Assembly (NCBI GenBank): GCA_024413595.1
Contig: JAKSUC010000002.1
Span: forward strand, 35,335 to 99,334
DNA length: 64,000 nt
Reading direction: 5' to 3'
From: Bacteroidales bacterium
GTDB taxonomy: Bacteria; Bacteroidota; Bacteroidia; Bacteroidales; UBA3824
Below the pieces are notes generated by a model that saw nothing but the letters and a program-made list of their open reading frames with translations, did not search any database and was not told the origin of the DNA. This document shows, piece after piece, positions 35,046-45,076 of this stretch. Both the position numbers and the translations under genes were made by a program. Within the stretch, counting starts at the first letter, position 1; each line of letters opens with the position of its first letter.

Positions 35046-35597
35046 CTATTTTATTTCCATTCCATTTTTGATTTTTGCTAAAACTTCGTCTCCACAAAGC
35101 GCTTGAGCTAGAAATAATCCAAATTTTATTGATTGTCCAGCTCCGGTTGATGTAAATAGATTTCCATCTTGTTCTACGTCGTTGCCTGTAAATTGATAAT
35201 TTTCAGACATTTCAGCTTTGCAACATGAATGTGATGTTACTTTTTTACCTAATCCAATTTTGTTTTTTAACAAAACTGTTGGACCAGCACAAATTGCAGC
35301 TAAAAATTTTCCGCTTTTATATTGATTTATAGCTATTTCTCCAACTATTTTGTTGTTACATAAATTTTCATATCCAGGATATCCTCCAGGTAAATAAATT
35401 AAATCTGCATCAGAAAAATCTGAGTCTTTATAAGTTATATCAGCTTCTACTTTCACTTTGTTTGATGCAGAAACTATTTTTTGTTCTGTAACAGAAACGG
35501 TTTTTACGTCTATTCCTCCTCTACGAAAAATATCGTAAGGTGCTAATGCTTCTATTAATTCAAAGCCATCTGCTAAAAAAATATATACTTTTTTCAT
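35046..35597 (-). CDS. DJ-1/PfpI family protein
   Basis: 183 aa. Nucleophile elbow AAICAGP and LPGG motif. Confidence 0.85.
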   Translation of the reverse strand: MKKVYIFLADGFELIEALAPYDIFRRGGIDVKTVSVTEQKIVSASNKVKVEADITYKDSDFSDADLIYLPGGYPGYENLCNNKIVGEIAINQYKSGKFLAAICAGPTVLLKNKIGLGKKVTSHSCCKAEMSENYQFTGNDVEQDGNLFTSTGAGQSIKFGLFLAQALCGDEVLAKIKNGMEIK

Positions 35598-35617
35598 TAT
35601 TGTTTTGATGTTTTTTA

Positions 35618-36961
35618 TTATAGTGATAATGCTTGTAATGCTTGCGTTATTCGGTCTTCACCAATTAATTTTGATGCTATACGGCGTTTATTATCAATCA
35701 GATACATTATTGGTGTACTAACTATGTAATAATATTCGCGAAAATGTGAATGATTTTCCGTGTCGCATAAATCTATCCAAGGAAAATTTTTGCGTTCTGA
35801 ATTTTGACGAATACTTTCATACGAAAAATTATCATTACACAAAGAAAATATTTGATAACCTTTTTCAATTAATTGTGGATAATATAATTTTAGAGAATTT
35901 TCTGCACTATCGCAATGTCCACAACCATTTGCCCAAAAAAGAATTAATATTGGTTTTGAAGATGAATAATCAAAAATAGATATAGAGTCATCTGAATTTA
36001 TTTTTCTTACTTTTATGTTGTGAGCATCATATCCAATAATTGCAGATTTGTAAATATCTCTCTGATTTTCAATCATTTTGTGAGTTTCTTCTGGTAATCC
36101 TTTAACAGTGTCGTTTAAAAAATATGAGTCGGCAATGTGAACAAAAACTTCGTTCATTCCAAGTTTAAAAAATCCTCGATAAAAATTTAATAAATAACCA
36201 GTTACATAATGGTATACTTCAATATTTTCTTTGCTTAAATTAATTAATTTGTCAGTTTGACGAATTATTTCAGGAACACCACTTTCTATATAATGAGCAA
36301 TATGAGAGCGAATTACTTTATAAAAGAAAGGAGTTCTAATAAGTCCTTTTTGAGAAAAATTAACATAATTCCACATTTCTTGGTTCGAAAAGTTGGTGGA
36401 ATTCATACATTTAAGAACGTCTTCAAAAAAAGTATTATGATTTTTAGAAGCTTCAATTTTCCACGCCTCATTATAAACTGCGTCAATTTTTGACAATTCA
36501 ATATCCAGTTTTTCAATTTTAGAAGAGTCGGTTGTGTATTTTTTTAATGTGTCAATTTCATGCTGTTTTATAACAATATCTGTCATTCTACGTTGATAAT
36601 CAAAAAAATTGCTATTCATTTCCGAGCCAGTAATTTTCATAGTTTTTTGCGGATCGTTTGCGTCACATTTCATAACAAATTTTTGATTATTTTCATCTAT
36701 CAAAATATCAATAACTTGAGCATTTTTATCTAAAATTACGGAATAAATACCAGAAGGTAAATTTTCATTACCGCGAAAAACATAAAATCCGTTTTCACTT
36801 GAAGCAGAGTCGGTTATAAGATATTGTTTATCTTCATAATAATATGCAAGACGAACTTTTTGAGGTTCTAAATGTGATGGTTTTATTTTTATTTCATATC
36901 CTTGTGATAAACAAGTGTTTATACAAATTATAAAAGAAATAAATGTCAAAAATAATTTCAT
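35618..36961 (-). CDS. thioredoxin-fold (TlpA-like) protein with an N-terminal beta-rich and helical extension
   Basis: 447 aa with a signal peptide and C-terminal FWANGCGHCD (CGHC active site). Confidence 0.7.
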   Translation of the reverse strand: MKLFLTFISFIICINTCLSQGYEIKIKPSHLEPQKVRLAYYYEDKQYLITDSASSENGFYVFRGNENLPSGIYSVILDKNAQVIDILIDENNQKFVMKCDANDPQKTMKITGSEMNSNFFDYQRRMTDIVIKQHEIDTLKKYTTDSSKIEKLDIELSKIDAVYNEAWKIEASKNHNTFFEDVLKCMNSTNFSNQEMWNYVNFSQKGLIRTPFFYKVIRSHIAHYIESGVPEIIRQTDKLINLSKENIEVYHYVTGYLLNFYRGFFKLGMNEVFVHIADSYFLNDTVKGLPEETHKMIENQRDIYKSAIIGYDAHNIKVRKINSDDSISIFDYSSSKPILILFWANGCGHCDSAENSLKLYYPQLIEKGYQIFSLCNDNFSYESIRQNSERKNFPWIDLCDTENHSHFREYYYIVSTPIMYLIDNKRRIASKLIGEDRITQALQALSL

Positions 36962-37001
36962 AATAATGATTTTTATTTTTTTTCAAATATACTAAAAAAA
37001 A

Positions 37002-37024
37002 TGGACAGTAAAAAACTGTCCATT
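37002..37024 (-). terminator. rho-independent terminator
   Basis: ATGGACAGT-aaaaa-ACTGTCCAT preceded on the plus strand by an A8 run, which gives a U-run on the minus transcript. Confidence 0.7.
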
Positions 37025-37048
37025 TATCAATAAAAAACTAAATAATTA

Positions 37049-38617
37049 TCACTTTTTATTTTCAGCTTCTTCAATCATATTTATAAGTTCATAAACTTGA
37101 GTATGAGAAAGACGTTTAGCTAAAATTTCTTTCTTTTCGTCTAATAAATAAAGAGTTGGTGTACTATTAACATCGTAATTATCACGATATTGATCAAAAG
37201 GGTTCCAACAATTAATCCAACCTTTTTCAAATAATTTGTGTTCTTTTACAAAATCAAACCATTTGTTGATATGTCGGTGAAGATCACCAAGATTATCAAC
37301 GCTTTTGTTCATATATACAGCCCAAACCGTAACACCATAATTTTTTAGAGTATCTTGGTAATATTTGAAAAGTTTTGGAATTTCTTCTTTACAATGGCTA
37401 CAATCTGGTTCCCAAAATGTAATTAAAGTATATTTTGATTTAGAGTCGTGCATTTCAACATAACCATCAAATTTGTTAACAAGATTATCAAGAATTTTAA
37501 CCACATCATTTCTACGAGCTTCAAAATCAGGTTTCTTTTTTTCAATTTCAACGCCTTCAGTTTTAAGCACTTCGGTAAATGGACGCAAAGCATCAATTCT
37601 TGTTGTGTCGTTTGGAAGCAATTGCATCAACATTGGTTTTGATTTGTTACCAACAAGACAATTTTCTTTTTTAGTAATTTTCTTTTTTAAAGCAGTTTTA
37701 AAAGAGTCGGTATCCCAAACAGCATCTTTAACATAAATTTCTGCTAATGAACAATATACATTTTCAGCCATCATTGACTCGCTTTTTGCATATTTATTAA
37801 AAAAGTAAACTAAAACATAACGGAAAAGTTCTTCGCTTGTTCTAGCTTTATTAACCATCATTGTAGTTTCTTTAATCAAAGAGTCAGGCATTTGAACCAC
37901 AATATTTTCAATATATCTTTCTATTTTTGGTTCATAAAGAGCAGTTCGTAACAAACGTCCATCCGACAAATCAAAATTATCAAAATAGTGAGCTTTATAA
38001 TAAAAATATCTTTCGTTTTGATCTGTAATATTTTCAGGAATAGTAATATCACGTGTAGCTGTCAAAAATTTAGAGAAAAACATATTTGGATATTTCGAAA
38101 TTTGTTCTTGATATTTATTTTCAACATTTTTATTTATAACATCTAGTTTTGCTTGACATTCTTCAATTTTAGCTGTGTTATTTTTTTCTTTATATTTGGT
38201 TAAATCAGCTGAAATTTTTTCATATTCTTCTTTAGAAGCGTTCAAAAACTTTTGATAGTCAACAAATAATTGATTTTCTAAACTACCAGTAATAACCATT
38301 TTTTCTAAAAAGTCGGTTGTGTCGTTTTCAATAGAAAATTTTTGGTTGTCATTATCAATAAGAATATCAAAATAATTTCTATTTGGTAAAAATACAAAAT
38401 ACATTCCTCCTGTCAGTTCTTTTTTTCCTTTAAAAACACCTACACCTTTAGAGTCGAGTTTTGCAGTGTCATCGGGAATAAGTTTTTCGTTAAAATGATG
38501 ACCTAAAATAACTTCCTGATTGGGAAGATTTTTGATTGTGATACCAATTTCGTGTTTTTGAGCCATTAAATTTAAGCTTAATACGCTAATCAGTATTAAT
38601 AAAAAAATCTTTTTCAT
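37049..38617 (-). CDS. thioredoxin-fold (TlpA-like) protein, paralog of 35618..36961
   Basis: 522 aa with a signal peptide and C-terminal FWEPDCSHCKEE (CSHC active site). Confidence 0.7.
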   Translation of the reverse strand: MKKIFLLILISVLSLNLMAQKHEIGITIKNLPNQEVILGHHFNEKLIPDDTAKLDSKGVGVFKGKKELTGGMYFVFLPNRNYFDILIDNDNQKFSIENDTTDFLEKMVITGSLENQLFVDYQKFLNASKEEYEKISADLTKYKEKNNTAKIEECQAKLDVINKNVENKYQEQISKYPNMFFSKFLTATRDITIPENITDQNERYFYYKAHYFDNFDLSDGRLLRTALYEPKIERYIENIVVQMPDSLIKETTMMVNKARTSEELFRYVLVYFFNKYAKSESMMAENVYCSLAEIYVKDAVWDTDSFKTALKKKITKKENCLVGNKSKPMLMQLLPNDTTRIDALRPFTEVLKTEGVEIEKKKPDFEARRNDVVKILDNLVNKFDGYVEMHDSKSKYTLITFWEPDCSHCKEEIPKLFKYYQDTLKNYGVTVWAVYMNKSVDNLGDLHRHINKWFDFVKEHKLFEKGWINCWNPFDQYRDNYDVNSTPTLYLLDEKKEILAKRLSHTQVYELINMIEEAENKK

Positions 38618-38873
38618 AATTTATTATAATGAGAGTTGTTTTGTTACAAATATAGTCTAATTTTTAAACGTAGAAGTTGTATCAAAATTCTAAGTTTAAC
38701 TTTTTTTAGCATGCAAAACAAAGGTAAAAATTATATGTTATATTTTCAAATTATTTTTTTTATAAATAATATATTCGTAAATCAATACTTTAATATTTTC
38801 AATTATTTTTTTTTTCAATTTTTTGCTTTTTTTGCAAAAATATAGTAACTTACATAAATTTAAAAAAGAAATT

Positions 38874-41800
38874 ATGAATAATAAATTATTATCATTTGTT
38901 TTACCATTTTTACTGTTTTTTGCAGTTAATGAGTATATAAATCACAGTAATATTAACCTGAATAATAAAATAATAGAAATGACACCTCCAAATTACGAAG
39001 AATTATGGAAAAAGGTAGTAGATTTTGAACATAAAGGTCTACCTAAAAGCGCGTTAGAAGTTGTAGAACAAATCTACAAATTAGCAAAAAATGAAGATAA
39101 TGGCGATCAAATAATTAAAGCTATTATTCACAAAATGAAATATAAAGATAAATTTGAGGACTCTAAATTTGAAACAAATTTTGCTGAAATTTTAAAAGAA
39201 GCTGAGGGTGCCAAATTCCCTTTAAATTGTGTTTTGTATTCTTTTGCAGCTGATTTAATTAATCAATATACTGACGAAAATTATTATCAATTTATGTCAA
39301 GATCAGAAACTACTGATTTTGACAATAATGATATGAAAACTTGGTCTATTCAAAAATTGAATTCTGAGTTTTTAAAATATACATTTAAATCTATTGAAAA
39401 TAAAGAAGAATTAGCTAAAATAAAATATGATTATTATCCATCAATAATTTTAAAAGGTTCAAAACCAGAAGGATGTCGTCCATCGCTTTATGATTATTTG
39501 GCTTATCATGCTTTTGAAAATGTAAAAAGTATGAAAACAACAATGCCTGAAACTTATTTTTTTGCAGATGATTTTTATTTTGACATTGAAAAATTTGCAA
39601 ATACTGATTTGCAAGAAGGTGACTCATTGTCTGTAAATTACAATTCTTTAAAAATACTTCAAGATTTAGCAAAAATTAGAATTTCAGAAACAGAAAAAAA
39701 CGAAGAAGCATTAGTTGATTTTATATTACAATATCTTGATTTTGTGTCTAATAAATCAGCAAATGCTAATAAAGATAATCTTTTGCTATGTGCTCTTGAA
39801 AATTTAGAAAACAAATATTCTAATTCAAAATATAAATCAGGAATAAGTTACACATTAGCAAAATTTTATTATGATAAAGTAGAAAACGTAAAAAGTTTTG
39901 GTGAAGGCAATAAACAATATAGAAAAATTGCTCATGATATTTGTCAAAAAATAGTAGATGATAATCCAAATTCAGAATATGGCATTTCTGCTTATAATTT
40001 AATTCAAAAAATTGAAGAAAAGTCTATTACAGCCACTTTTGAAAGTATTGTTGTTCCAAATAATAATTTTATTGGGCTTATCGATTACCAAAATTTGTCT
40101 GAAATTTATTTTAAAATCATAAAAATAGATTATGATAAATATATATCAATAAATGAAGAGCCTGAAAGTTATGATCAAAAATTTCAAAAATATTTAAAAA
40201 CTGGTAAAATTGTAAATGAGTTTTCTAAGCAAATACCAGATAATCATGATTATATAAATCATAAAGTTGAAATTGTTTTTCCAAAACAAGATATTGGATT
40301 TTATTTAATTGCAATTTCAGATAATGCAAATTTTGCCGATAAAACTATAATAAAAGTATGTCCGATAACAATTTCTAATCTTTCCATAAATTTTCAGCAA
40401 AAAGATAATGGAAATCAAATATGTTATGTTTCGTCGCGAATAGAAGGAAATCCAATAGAAAGTGCAAACATTAAGCTATATTACCAAGAATATAGTAAAT
40501 TACGTAGAAAATGGGTATGGTCTAAAATTTTAGACGTAAAAACAAATAAAGAAGGAATAGTTGAATTTCCAAAACCAAAATCTGATCAAAATAGTTATGA
40601 AGTAGTTGTTGGAAAAAATAATGATACTTTGCGTGCTGGAGAATTATATATGTATAATATCTCAAAACCTGAAGCACATGAACAAGTTTATATGTTTACA
40701 GATAGAGCAATTTATCGTCCAGGACAAACTATTTATTTTAAGGGATATGCAATGAATTTTGATGAAAATAACGTTGCTACACCTATTTGTGATAAAAATT
40801 ATACAGTAATTCTTCGAGACGTTAATAATAAAGAAATTTCGTATGTAAAATTGGTGTCTAATGAATATGGAACTTTTAATGGTCAGTTTGAAATTCCTAC
40901 AGGTTTATTGAATGGAAATATGACTATTATGACAAATCGTTCTTATTATAAAAGTGTTAAAGTAGAAGAATATAAACGACCCACTTTTGAAGTTGAACTT
41001 AATAGGATAGAAGGTACTTATGTTACAAATGATGATGTAATAGTAAAAGGAAATGCCAAAAGTTATTCTGGAATGACAGTTAATAATGCAGAGGTGAAAT
41101 TCAGAGTTACTCGCACTCCAAAATTTGATTTTGGACGTCATTTTTACTTTTTTAGACCATCACAAAATCCTATTGAAATAGTTCATGGAACAGTAGTTAC
41201 AAACGAAAAAGGAGATTTTGAATTTAAATTTAAAGCAGAACCAGATCCAATGGCTGGTACAACTCCAGATGTTGCATTTAATTATTCTGCATCGGTTGAA
41301 ATAACTGATGTTAATGGTGAAACACATCAAGCATCTAGAAATGTAACTATTGGATTTTCTTCTATGGATTTGAATGTTTATACAAATTCGTTTTTCACTA
41401 AAAGTAATGATTTTGTAGTTGATATATCGGCTCGTAATCTAGATTTTGTTCCTATTAATACAAAAGGTGTTGCCAAAATATCTAAAGTTATTGATAATGG
41501 ATTGTTAATCAATAGAAAATGGCAAAATCCTGATACTAATATTTACACAATAGAAGAATGGAAATCTTTGGTTCCAGGTTTTGTTTATGGAAAATCTTAT
41601 TTTGATGAAAAATATTCAATTGACAAAGTTGTTTTAACAAAAGATTTTGACACTGAGAAAGAAAATAAGATAACAATTCCTGAAGTTAAGAATTTTGAGT
41701 CTGGTTATTATCAAATAGAAGTTGCATCAAACGATCCAAAAACAGGACGTGAAATAAAGTCAAAATCTTATTTTTCAGTATGTAATCAAACAGACAAAAA

Positions 41801-44800
41801 ATTACCAAATTCTGATTATTTAGTAGTTGAGCGATTAAACAATAATTTAAAAGTTGGGGAAAAAGCACAATTTTTAGTAGGAACTTCTCTTAATAATCAG
41901 TCAATATTATACAGAATTTATCAAGCTAATACCTTGATTTCAAGCAAAATAATAACGCTTGATAATGAAATGAAAATGTTTGAAATTCCTATAGAAAATA
42001 ATAAAGAAGGAAATATAAGGGCAATACTTTATTTTGTTAATCATAATACATATTTTGAAAAAAATGCAGTATTTTCAATACCCAATTATGATAAAGATCT
42101 TAGTATAGAATATTTAACATTTCGAGACAAACTTCAACCAGGAGAAAATGAAACATGGAAACTAAAAGTAACCGACCATGATGGCAAAAATGTTTCAGCA
42201 GAAGTGGCTGCAACTATGTATGATAAATCGTTAGATGCTTTTGCTAAAAATAATTATGATGTATCTGTTCCATATTCTTATAACTATTATAATTTAACTA
42301 GTTCAACACCAACTTTTGGAACTCAAGCAGCTAATTATATATCTAATTATATAGTTGATAGAAGATTTTTTAAATCTCAATATGGTTCATTAAATTGGTT
42401 TGGCTATAGATATTCAAATTATAGAAATAATTATAGAATGGCTGGCATGGCAATGGAGGTAATGGAAATGGAAGATTGTTGCGAAATGGTACCAGCTTCA
42501 AATGCAAAGATGAGTATGGGGATGGCTAAAAAATCTATGGCAATGGAAATGCCAATGGCAAGTATGGCAAATATGAGTGCTCAAAATACAGAAGTAAAAG
42601 ACGAAGAAGAAAATCCTACCGAAGAAGTTCAAGTTCGTACAAATTTTAACGAAACTGCATTTTTTTATCCCGAACTTAGAACAGATGAAAATGGAGAATT
42701 AAATATTGAATTTACTATGCCAGAGTCGCTTACTTCTTGGCGAATGATGGCTATTGCACATACAAAACAATTACAATTTGCTTTTTCTGAAAAAGAAATT
42801 GTAACTCAAAAACAATTAATGGTTCAACCAAATGCTCCTAGATTTTTTAGAGAAAACGATAAAATATTTATTCCTGTTAAAATAGGAAATCTAAGTGAAA
42901 CTGATTTAGATGGAAAAATTACAATTGAAATATTTGATCCTCTTACAGAAAAAAAAGTTGACAATGTTGTAAAAGTTTCAGAACAAAATTTTAGTGTAAA
43001 AAAAGGATTAAGTACTTCTGTAGATTTTGAACTTGAAATTCCAGAACGTTACAGTACATTGGCTTATAAGATTATAGCAAAATCAGGAAATTTTGCAGAT
43101 GGCGAACAAAAAGCATTACCTATTATGAGTAATAGAATGTTGGTTACAGAAGCACTTCCATTGCCAATAAATGCCAATCAAACAAAGAATTACAAGTTTG
43201 AAAAACTTATAAATTCTGCAAATTCATCAACACTTCGTCAACACAAATTAACATTAGAATTTACCTCAAATCCTGCATGGTATGCAGTTCAAGCATTGCC
43301 TTACATGATGGAATATCCGTATGAATGTAACGAACAAACATTCAGTCGTTTATATGCAAATTCTATAGCAGCACACATTGCAAATTCGTCTCCAAAAATC
43401 AAAGCAGTTTTTGATGCTTGGAAAAATTCTGATAGTAAAGCTTTGCTTTCAAATCTTGAAAAAAATGAAGAATTAAAATCAGTTCTTCTTCAAGAAACAC
43501 CTTGGGTGATGGAAGGTGCTAACGAAACAGAACGTAAACAGCGTGTTGGATTATTATTTGACCTAAATAAAATTGCAGGTGAAGAACGAAAAACTCTTGA
43601 AAAACTTCGTAAAAATCAATATCCTTCAGGTGGTTGGCCGTGGTTTGATAAAATGCCAGAAAGCAATTATGTTACACTCTACATTGTAGAAGGTATGGGT
43701 CATCTTAAAAAATTGGGTATCAATACTTTTAATGAACCTAAAAATCATAATATGCTTGAAAAAGCTATTAATTTTATTGACGATGAATTTGTTAAATATT
43801 ATAAAGAATTAAAGAAAGTATATTCTGATAAAGAATTAAAAGAGGGTAATTTCTTGACATTTACAGCTATTAATTATCTTTATGCTCGTAGCTATTTTAC
43901 CGAAATTCCTATTTCTTCAAAAACAAAAGAAGCATTTAATTTCTTTATAGGTAAAGCTGAAAAATATTGGCTAAAAACAGGTAAATATTCACAAGCAATG
44001 ATTTCTATGTTTTTGCATAGATATGGAAATAAAACAGTTCCTAATGATATATTAAAATCATTAAAAGAACATTCCACTTCTTCAGAAGAAATGGGAATGT
44101 ATTTTGCCGATAATGTTTCAGGATTTTTGTGGCACGAAGCTCCAATTGAAACACAATCTATTATAATTGAAGCATTTGATGAGGTTGCCAACGACCAAGA
44201 GATAGTAGACCAATTGAAAATTTGGCTTTTAAAACAAAAACAAACTACAGATTGGAAAACAACAAAAGCAACAGCAGAAGCTTGTTATGCTTTGTTGTTG
44301 CGTGGCACAGATTTACTTTCAAATTCTGAAATATGTACAATATTGCTTAATAATCAACCAGTTGATCCAAAATCTAATCCTGATATAAAAGCTGATGCAG
44401 GAACAGGTTATTTTAAAACATCATGGTCGGGCAACGAAGTAAAACCTGAAATGGGAAATGTTACTGTAACAAATCCAAATAATGGTGTAGCTTGGGGTGC
44501 GCTTTATTGGCAATATTTTGAACAACTTGATAAAATTACATTTGCTGAAACACCTTTAAAAATTTCTAAAAAATTATTTAGAGAAAATATTACAGACAAA
44601 GGTGTTGTTATTGAACCTGTTACAGAAAACTCAAATTTAAAACCAGGAGATAAAATTGTTGTTCGTATCGAAATCAGAACTGACCGTGATATGGAATATG
44701 TTCATTTAAAAGATATGCGAGCTTCTGGTTTTGAGCCAGTTAATGTTCTTTCTGGATACCGTTATCAAGGTGGAATTGGATATTATGAATGTACAAAAGA

Positions 44801-44972
44801 CGCATCAACAAATTTCTTTATTGAATATTTAAGAAAAGGAACCTATGTATTTGAATATAAACTTTATGTTCAACATAAAGGTAATTTCTCAAATGGAATT
44901 ACATCAATTCAATGTATGTATGCACCAGAATTTACTGCTCATTCAGAAGGTGTTAGAGTAGAAGTTAAATAG
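38874..44972 (+). CDS. alpha-2-macroglobulin family protein (large, with a thioester-type CxEQ motif)
   Basis: The first ATG is at 38874 (MNNKLLSFVLPFLLFF); the track ORF begins at a TTG at 38823. It has MG-domain-like repeats and YPYECNEQTFSR (CNEQ at 43326-43337). Confidence 0.8.
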   Translation: MNNKLLSFVLPFLLFFAVNEYINHSNINLNNKIIEMTPPNYEELWKKVVDFEHKGLPKSALEVVEQIYKLAKNEDNGDQIIKAIIHKMKYKDKFEDSKFETNFAEILKEAEGAKFPLNCVLYSFAADLINQYTDENYYQFMSRSETTDFDNNDMKTWSIQKLNSEFLKYTFKSIENKEELAKIKYDYYPSIILKGSKPEGCRPSLYDYLAYHAFENVKSMKTTMPETYFFADDFYFDIEKFANTDLQEGDSLSVNYNSLKILQDLAKIRISETEKNEEALVDFILQYLDFVSNKSANANKDNLLLCALENLENKYSNSKYKSGISYTLAKFYYDKVENVKSFGEGNKQYRKIAHDICQKIVDDNPNSEYGISAYNLIQKIEEKSITATFESIVVPNNNFIGLIDYQNLSEIYFKIIKIDYDKYISINEEPESYDQKFQKYLKTGKIVNEFSKQIPDNHDYINHKVEIVFPKQDIGFYLIAISDNANFADKTIIKVCPITISNLSINFQQKDNGNQICYVSSRIEGNPIESANIKLYYQEYSKLRRKWVWSKILDVKTNKEGIVEFPKPKSDQNSYEVVVGKNNDTLRAGELYMYNISKPEAHEQVYMFTDRAIYRPGQTIYFKGYAMNFDENNVATPICDKNYTVILRDVNNKEISYVKLVSNEYGTFNGQFEIPTGLLNGNMTIMTNRSYYKSVKVEEYKRPTFEVELNRIEGTYVTNDDVIVKGNAKSYSGMTVNNAEVKFRVTRTPKFDFGRHFYFFRPSQNPIEIVHGTVVTNEKGDFEFKFKAEPDPMAGTTPDVAFNYSASVEITDVNGETHQASRNVTIGFSSMDLNVYTNSFFTKSNDFVVDISARNLDFVPINTKGVAKISKVIDNGLLINRKWQNPDTNIYTIEEWKSLVPGFVYGKSYFDEKYSIDKVVLTKDFDTEKENKITIPEVKNFESGYYQIEVASNDPKTGREIKSKSYFSVCNQTDKKLPNSDYLVVERLNNNLKVGEKAQFLVGTSLNNQSILYRIYQANTLISSKIITLDNEMKMFEIPIENNKEGNIRAILYFVNHNTYFEKNAVFSIPNYDKDLSIEYLTFRDKLQPGENETWKLKVTDHDGKNVSAEVAATMYDKSLDAFAKNNYDVSVPYSYNYYNLTSSTPTFGTQAANYISNYIVDRRFFKSQYGSLNWFGYRYSNYRNNYRMAGMAMEVMEMEDCCEMVPASNAKMSMGMAKKSMAMEMPMASMANMSAQNTEVKDEEENPTEEVQVRTNFNETAFFYPELRTDENGELNIEFTMPESLTSWRMMAIAHTKQLQFAFSEKEIVTQKQLMVQPNAPRFFRENDKIFIPVKIGNLSETDLDGKITIEIFDPLTEKKVDNVVKVSEQNFSVKKGLSTSVDFELEIPERYSTLAYKIIAKSGNFADGEQKALPIMSNRMLVTEALPLPINANQTKNYKFEKLINSANSSTLRQHKLTLEFTSNPAWYAVQALPYMMEYPYECNEQTFSRLYANSIAAHIANSSPKIKAVFDAWKNSDSKALLSNLEKNEELKSVLLQETPWVMEGANETERKQRVGLLFDLNKIAGEERKTLEKLRKNQYPSGGWPWFDKMPESNYVTLYIVEGMGHLKKLGINTFNEPKNHNMLEKAINFIDDEFVKYYKELKKVYSDKELKEGNFLTFTAINYLYARSYFTEIPISSKTKEAFNFFIGKAEKYWLKTGKYSQAMISMFLHRYGNKTVPNDILKSLKEHSTSSEEMGMYFADNVSGFLWHEAPIETQSIIIEAFDEVANDQEIVDQLKIWLLKQKQTTDWKTTKATAEACYALLLRGTDLLSNSEICTILLNNQPVDPKSNPDIKADAGTGYFKTSWSGNEVKPEMGNVTVTNPNNGVAWGALYWQYFEQLDKITFAETPLKISKKLFRENITDKGVVIEPVTENSNLKPGDKIVVRIEIRTDRDMEYVHLKDMRASGFEPVNVLSGYRYQGGIGYYECTKDASTNFFIEYLRKGTYVFEYKLYVQHKGNFSNGITSIQCMYAPEFTAHSEGVRVEVK

Positions 44973-44992
44973 ATTTTTATTAATATCAAGAA

Positions 44993-45028
44993 AGAGGAAT
45001 GTGATTTTTTACATTCCTCTTTTTTTTC
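44993..45028 (+). terminator. rho-independent terminator after the alpha-2-macroglobulin gene
   Basis: AGAGGAATGT-gatttttt-ACATTCCTCT followed by T8. Confidence 0.8.
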
Positions 45029-45076
45029 TCATAATTTTTAGTTATCTTTACGAATAAACCAATAAATTATATTATC

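Noticed and set aside
38636-38845. 69-aa plus-strand ORF upstream of the alpha-2-macroglobulin gene
   Set aside because: It is a low-complexity F/I/N-rich product of AT-rich intergenic DNA with no start context. It probably lies in the promoter region.
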